Shown here: in pieces, positions 59,075 through 64,000 of the stretch
Numbering within the stretch: the stretch's first letter is position 1
Layout: each line of letters opens with the position of its first letter
Source: a virus
Reading direction: 5' to 3' (one strand)
Length of the DNA stretch: 64,000 nucleotides
Virus record (IMG/VR): IMGVR_UViG_3300026534_000035
Span: 1-64,000 of that record
Notes under the pieces: model-generated
Told to the model about the DNA's origin: nothing
Database searches by the model: none
What the model saw: only the letters and a program-made list of their open reading frames with translations
Translations under genes and position numbers: made by a program

Positions 59075-59099
59075 AGAGTGGGCACTTTGTGTCCACTCT
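59075..59099. other. Stem-loop after major tail gene
   Basis: agagtgggcac-ttt-gtgtccactct. Confidence 0.65.
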
Positions 59100-59124
59100 G
59101 ATCAAAAAAGGAGGAGTATAGGAT

Positions 59125-59382
59125 ATGTCTGGGAAAGATAAAAGTATGGACAAAATGAATAGGTTTGTTAAATCAGAAGTAACGGCTATGTTTGAACGTA
59201 TTCTTGATTATGCACAAATAGCAGTTCCAACTGAAGCTGTGTATAAAGCCCTAAGATCAAAAATTTTACGGGCGGGGAATGATTGTATAAGAAGAATACA
59301 AGCACATAATACAAAATTCTATGATGTAGAATACAAACCTGTTTCTGAGGATGTAATAAAAGTAGATAAAGTAACTAACTAG
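59125..59382 (+). CDS. hypothetical protein
   Basis: AGGAGG RBS. Confidence 0.65.
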   Translation: MSGKDKSMDKMNRFVKSEVTAMFERILDYAQIAVPTEAVYKALRSKILRAGNDCIRRIQAHNTKFYDVEYKPVSEDVIKVDKVTN

Positions 59383-59413
59383 AAGAGGAAATGGTATAGG
59401 AGGTGTATATAAA

Positions 59414-60163
59414 ATGGTAGAAGAAAAAACTGATGATAGACGTGTTTTTATAGGACCAGATGAAGTAACTGAGTATTTTATTGCTACTCCAAGCGCAGAA
59501 GATATTAGGGGAGCAGATTGGCAGTATAGTAAAGTTTATACTTCAAGCTTGGTAGCGGGAATAACTACAAGTGCCGAGATGATGGATATTTTGATGAGAC
59601 GGGGTATTATAGGCCCTGAGTTTGAGCAACGTTCACAAGAACTTACTGAAAATTTAAATAAAGCTATTTTGGAATTGGATGCTGCAAAGACTCCTGAAGA
59701 AAAACAAGCCTTGGCCATAGTAGTAGCCAATGCTAGAGAAGAATTATTCCAATGGAGTCAAAGACTTAATGGTCCTATGGCTAATACATGTGAACAATTG
59801 GCTGATGATGCACGTTTAGAGTATTTAACATCGTGTATGGTTCAAGATAAAGACGGAAAAAGAGTTTGGGATTCGTACGAAAGTTATTTAACTGAAAGAA
59901 ATCAGGGTTTGGCTAATAGAGCTAGATTTGAAGTAATGTTGTTCTTACAAGGATTAGATTCTGATTTTTTGGAGAACACACCAGAAGCAGTGGCGGTTAA
60001 AGAAGCAGAAAGACAATTACTAGCTGAATCTGAAAAAGCTATTAATTTAGCCAATGCCATGATGGAAGAAGAAGCTCAGAAAAAGTCTAAGCCCAGTTCT
60101 AATAAAAAGAAAACTACCAAGAAAAGTTCTTCTAAGAAAAAAACTACTAAAGCAAAGAAATAA
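59414..60163 (+). CDS. Putative tail assembly chaperone
   Basis: Helical; between tail tube and TMP; TCEQLADDARLEYL similar to SAETKAEEDRYNFL of next gene. Confidence 0.55.
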   Translation: MVEEKTDDRRVFIGPDEVTEYFIATPSAEDIRGADWQYSKVYTSSLVAGITTSAEMMDILMRRGIIGPEFEQRSQELTENLNKAILELDAAKTPEEKQALAIVVANAREELFQWSQRLNGPMANTCEQLADDARLEYLTSCMVQDKDGKRVWDSYESYLTERNQGLANRARFEVMLFLQGLDSDFLENTPEAVAVKEAERQLLAESEKAINLANAMMEEEAQKKSKPSSNKKKTTKKSSSKKKTTKAKK

Positions 60164-61167
60164 TGGATTTATCTTTAGAGGAATTGGAAGGCTACCTGAA
60201 TGTTATTTTAATAGCTCAAAAAATAATAGAAATCAGGGGGCTGGAACTGGTATTTAAGCAACCAGATGTCGCTTTGAAAATGAAAGCGGCTATGGTTTAT
60301 AATAAAGCGTATAAGGAGGCCATTAATAGTGGTCTCCTTTCTCGCAAAGACTTGTCTGAATTAATTAAAAAAAGACATATAATTTCTGAAGAAGAACTTA
60401 ATAGGCTTAGTAGGTTAGAGAGTAAATTAGAAGCTCAAAAAATTTTGTTGAGCAAAACTACAAAAGTTAGAGCTAATCAGGATAGACTTAAAAAAATAAT
60501 TTCGGATTTGGAATCTGAAATATTTAGTATTAAAGAAAAAGAAATGTCCAAACTTATGCTTTCTGCGGAAACTAAAGCAGAAGAAGACAGGTATAATTTT
60601 TTATGTGCCAAAAGTGTATATCATAATGATTCTCTTTTTTGGCCATCTTATGAGATATATAAAAAAGAAACGAATTTGTTATTAAAGAATGAAATTTTAT
60701 CTGAGTTTATGGCTTTTTATAATGGTATTTCTACAGATGTTATTAGATATATTGCTAGACATAATTTATGGAGAGTGAGATATGTAACAAGTAGAAAAAC
60801 TTCTGAGGCATTATTTGGTAGACCTACTTCAGAGTATACAATAGATATGCTTAATTTAGCTTTTTGGTCTAATTATTATCAACAGATTTATGATATGTTG
60901 CCAGAAGACAGGCCCCCTGAAAGTATTATAGAAGATGATGAAGCACTAGATGCTTACATGAAATCTTTCTATGATGAACAAGAAAAAGAAGCAATGGCAA
61001 GGAAGGCGGAACGGAAAATAGGTGGCAAACTGTCAGCGTTTGATCAAGAAGAAGTAATAGTAACTCGATCTAATGAGTTATATGAAGATATTAAATATGA
61101 TAAACCAAGAGAAGCGCAACGAATAAGGGATAAAACGGATATTAGGAAAAAGGCACGGCGTAGATAG
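60163..61167 (+). CDS. Putative second tail assembly chaperone
   Basis: IARHNLWR, WSNYYQQIY.M..E.P...IIEDDEALD; precedes TMP. Confidence 0.6.
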   Translation: MDLSLEELEGYLNVILIAQKIIEIRGLELVFKQPDVALKMKAAMVYNKAYKEAINSGLLSRKDLSELIKKRHIISEEELNRLSRLESKLEAQKILLSKTTKVRANQDRLKKIISDLESEIFSIKEKEMSKLMLSAETKAEEDRYNFLCAKSVYHNDSLFWPSYEIYKKETNLLLKNEILSEFMAFYNGISTDVIRYIARHNLWRVRYVTSRKTSEALFGRPTSEYTIDMLNLAFWSNYYQQIYDMLPEDRPPESIIEDDEALDAYMKSFYDEQEKEAMARKAERKIGGKLSAFDQEEVIVTRSNELYEDIKYDKPREAQRIRDKTDIRKKARRR

Positions 61168-61214
61168 GTATATATAATTATATAATATTTTATTATTAAT
61201 TGGAGGAGCTTATC

Positions 61215-64000
61215 TTGGCTAATGACATTAATGTAAATTTTAATTTAAAAAACAACCCTTCTAACTTACCGGCGGCTCCTACTTTATCAGGAAACAAGCA
61301 GCTGGCTGCAACATTAGAGAAAATATTAGTTCCAGTTCTAAAAAACATTGAGCGAGGCTCATCTGATGCACTTAAACGTGCAATGATAGAGTATAGTAAA
61401 TCTACGTCTCAAGGTGGGGGTTCTGCTAATTCCAAAGAATTTGAAAAAATTTTTAATAGTAGTTTTAATAATTTTGGTAAAAGACTCGCTCGTATATTAG
61501 AACAGCTTATTTTACATCTCAATAAAGGTACTAGTCCACAACAATTTCAAACAGAACTTAAAAAAGCTATACGTACTGAGGTAGATATAGCTTTAAATAA
61601 GTTTCAAAAGAAGGCCTCCTCTCATAATATAGGTATATCTACATCCCAGCAAACACAAGCAGCCGAAAAAATCACTGATGCATTGGTTAAAAAATACGAT
61701 GCGTCATTAAGTGGGCATGTTGCGAAATTATCTGTTGCTATTAATGAACTTAAACAGCTGACAGAAAAAAGTATGCTTGCTATTAAAGAAGGAAAACAAG
61801 CGTATGAGAATAAAGATTTAAAGCATGCTGTTTCTGCTATTCAAAAAGGGATAGAGGTTTTACATCAAAAAGAACAAACACAAGCAGCTTTTAAAGAACT
61901 TAAAGAGGTTAGTAAGCAATTAGGCGAGCAGCAAAAAGATGTTGCTAAGCAGATAGCAGAAGGTATTAAAACTTTAAAGAGCACTGTAGATAGTAGAGCA
62001 TATAGAGCTAAAAAAGAGATATCTAAATCTCCTGTTGAGGTTTCTACTGGAATTACTAAAGAAGTTATAACTGCCTTAAAAAAGATTCCTGGGATTTCTG
62101 AAAACAAAGAGCTCATTAAAAAAATAGAGCTTATTAACAACAATATAACAAGTATAGAAACAGCTGTTAAATCTTTTAAAGAGCTTAAAAAAGTAGTTGA
62201 TCAAGCTAAAAAAACAAAATCAATAGATGTAGAAGAGTATAAAAAAATAGTACAGCTTTTTAAAGATTTAAGTACTGCTGGTGGAAAATTTAAAACACTT
62301 CCTAGACGAGATAGGGAAGAGCTTAAATCTCCAGTAGTAGAAAAAATGGTAGCTGTTGTAGCTAAGTATGATAAAAGAGCTCAAGCTCTTTTAGAATATA
62401 TACATAGTATTCAAAAACCGACCGCCGAACCTTCTACAGTGTCTATAGCACCTAAAGGTATTAAGTCGATTGAGACCGCTGTCGAAAAGGGGATTGAAGA
62501 GGGGTCTAAGAAAAAAACTGCTGTTGATAAGGCAATGGCTGCTTATACAGCAAAAGAAATTAAAAATGTAGTAAAGGAATTTATTTCTGAATACAAAAAA
62601 ACAATACAAGAAGCATCTTCTAAAAAAATAGATACTAAGTTTCTAGAAGCCGCATATAAGTCAGGTAGTTTAAAAGGAGTAATTAAAAAGGCGACTGAAA
62701 TTAAAGGAACAGAAAAATTAAGAGAGTCTGCTAATGTTTTATTAGGAATGGGTGACCAAAAAGACATATCTAAGGCTATTTCTGATATGTCTGATAAATT
62801 TGGAAGTATAAGTGACGGCTTAGACTCGCTTCAAGATACTTTAAAAAGAGCCACTAAACAAGTGGAGGAGTCTGTTCCAGAGGGTTTGAAAAAGAAGGGC
62901 GAAGATGTAGCAGCCGGTTTAGAAGATTTAAAGAAAAGTATTGAAGAGAGTGTAAAAGCTAGTGATGGAGTCACAGAAGAATTAAAGAACATTAAACCGC
63001 CTACTAAGTCTACTCCGAAATATAGTTCTTCAAGAGATACTTTAAATAGAATAAGTTTACAAAAAAAACTACAACAACGACAAGTTACTGAATACCCTGA
63101 AACTTTAATTTCTCCTGATTTGGATATTAAAAAACTGTTGGGGTCTTCTTTAAAATCTAAAAATAAGTCTATATCCGAAGCCTCTAAAGAAATAGGTAAA
63201 AATGTAGAAGACTTGGCTAGTTCTTTGAGTAAATTACAAAAAGATATTGTAGACACTCTAGAAAACGGCTTACCTCGTAAAAAGAACTGGCATTGGGAAA
63301 TAGTTAAAAGAGCTGGTGATGATATCTCTAAGTATTTTAAAGCCGCCGGCGGAGCAGGTGAAGCTAATGCTAAAAATGCTCGTTATTGGAAATTACAAAT
63401 TGCGGATGTGTCGAAACTTAAAGAATTTTTAGAAAAAGGCTCAGACGATTTAACTGGTGTGGTTACACTAGTAAATGAAGCTAAAAGAAAATTAATTAAT
63501 GATATTACTAAGTATAAATCTAATACGAATGATTTGGCTGAAGGAATAGCTGAATGGATAAAAACTACTTCTGATAGAGAAATAAAAGAATGGGGTGATA
63601 TAAAAAATTCATATGTGGCACACAGAAATAAACAGCTTAGTGTAATAAAGAAAAAATATAAGGGTGGCACGGTATCTAGAGCTATGATTGACGATATTAA
63701 GAAGACTTTTTCTGAGGATCTTTCTAATATCTTTCAGGATACCTATGCTACAGTGGTTGCTAATAAAGAACTCTCTTCTAAAAATTTAGTTAGGAATATT
63801 CACATCCCTGCATTACGCTTATCTAAGACTGGAACACCTGTTTTGGAAACGGCATCAGGAAGCCAACGTGCAGTAGCTGGTTTTGCCAAATTTACTACCG
63901 GTTTAGAAAAATTGTTTTCTAAAGTAGAAAAAACTTCTATACCATTAGAAGATATAGGAAAGTATAAAGAAGAAATTCAGTCTATTGGGATTAGACCTAC
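61215..64000 (+). CDS. Tape measure-like protein, 3'-truncated by window edge (not in ORF track)
   Basis: GGAGGAG RBS, TTG start (MANDINVNFNL...); frame open at spot checks and at window end; K/E/A-rich helical; synteny. Confidence 0.75.
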   Translation, partial: MANDINVNFNLKNNPSNLPAAPTLSGNKQLAATLEKILVPVLKNIERGSSDALKRAMIEYSKSTSQGGGSANSKEFEKIFNSSFNNFGKRLARILEQLILHLNKGTSPQQFQTELKKAIRTEVDIALNKFQKKASSHNIGISTSQQTQAAEKITDALVKKYDASLSGHVAKLSVAINELKQLTEKSMLAIKEGKQAYENKDLKHAVSAIQKGIEVLHQKEQTQAAFKELKEVSKQLGEQQKDVAKQIAEGIKTLKSTVDSRAYRAKKEISKSPVEVSTGITKEVITALKKIPGISENKELIKKIELINNNITSIETAVKSFKELKKVVDQAKKTKSIDVEEYKKIVQLFKDLSTAGGKFKTLPRRDREELKSPVVEKMVAVVAKYDKRAQALLEYIHSIQKPTAEPSTVSIAPKGIKSIETAVEKGIEEGSKKKTAVDKAMAAYTAKEIKNVVKEFISEYKKTIQEASSKKIDTKFLEAAYKSGSLKGVIKKATEIKGTEKLRESANVLLGMGDQKDISKAISDMSDKFGSISDGLDSLQDTLKRATKQVEESVPEGLKKKGEDVAAGLEDLKKSIEESVKASDGVTEELKNIKPPTKSTPKYSSSRDTLNRISLQKKLQQRQVTEYPETLISPDLDIKKLLGSSLKSKNKSISEASKEIGKNVEDLASSLSKLQKDIVDTLENGLPRKKNWHWEIVKRAGDDISKYFKAAGGAGEANAKNARYWKLQIADVSKLKEFLEKGSDDLTGVVTLVNEAKRKLINDITKYKSNTNDLAEGIAEWIKTTSDREIKEWGDIKNSYVAHRNKQLSVIKKKYKGGTVSRAMIDDIKKTFSEDLSNIFQDTYATVVANKELSSKNLVRNIHIPALRLSKTGTPVLETASGSQRAVAGFAKFTTGLEKLFSKVEKTSIPLEDIGKYKEEIQSIGIRP

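Noticed and set aside
60125-60165. Programmed -1 frameshift joining the tail chaperones at G AAA AAA
   Set aside because: The -1 frame hits TAA within a few codons; the TAATG overlap indicates translational coupling
1-64000. Minus-strand and nested alternative-frame ORFs from the track (e.g. 2101-2394, 29141-29554, 39471-39944, 61865-63670)
   Set aside because: They are shadows of well-supported + strand genes, with no motifs or RBS
1-64000. Stop-codon reassignment as seen in some large phages
   Set aside because: Genes tile densely under the standard code, and TAA, TAG and TGA all end genes followed by an RBS and new start

Overview
AT-rich segment of a large tailed dsDNA bacteriophage, densely coding and entirely on the + strand, using the standard genetic code. 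The left part (1-21.2 kb) mixes virion/adhesin genes with host-like accessory genes: a HisKA-like+receiver protein, methionine aminopeptidase, tRNA-Ala, ClpP, a volactin-like actin, an amidase endolysin, a Hef-like endonuclease, a cold-shock protein, dNMP kinase and an HD hydrolase. It also holds a candidate replication origin (nested palindrome plus AT-rich tract) and a 3x31-nt hairpin repeat array. The right part is a canonical morphogenesis operon: TerS?-TerL-holin?-portal-prohead protease-scaffold-decoration-major capsid, about 20 kb of modular fibre/decoration proteins, neck, tail terminator, major tail protein, two tail chaperones and the start of a tape-measure-like gene. The best-supported unusual feature is the major capsid gene, which is split by two group I introns, each with its own LAGLIDADG endonuclease, around a 15-nt micro-exon (VYPVA). 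Other highlights are a recurrent T-x-S-G motif across unrelated virion proteins (candidate glycosylation sequon), the actin + coiled-coil module, and a candidate late-promoter motif. All family calls come from motif recognition by eye; no database searches were run.
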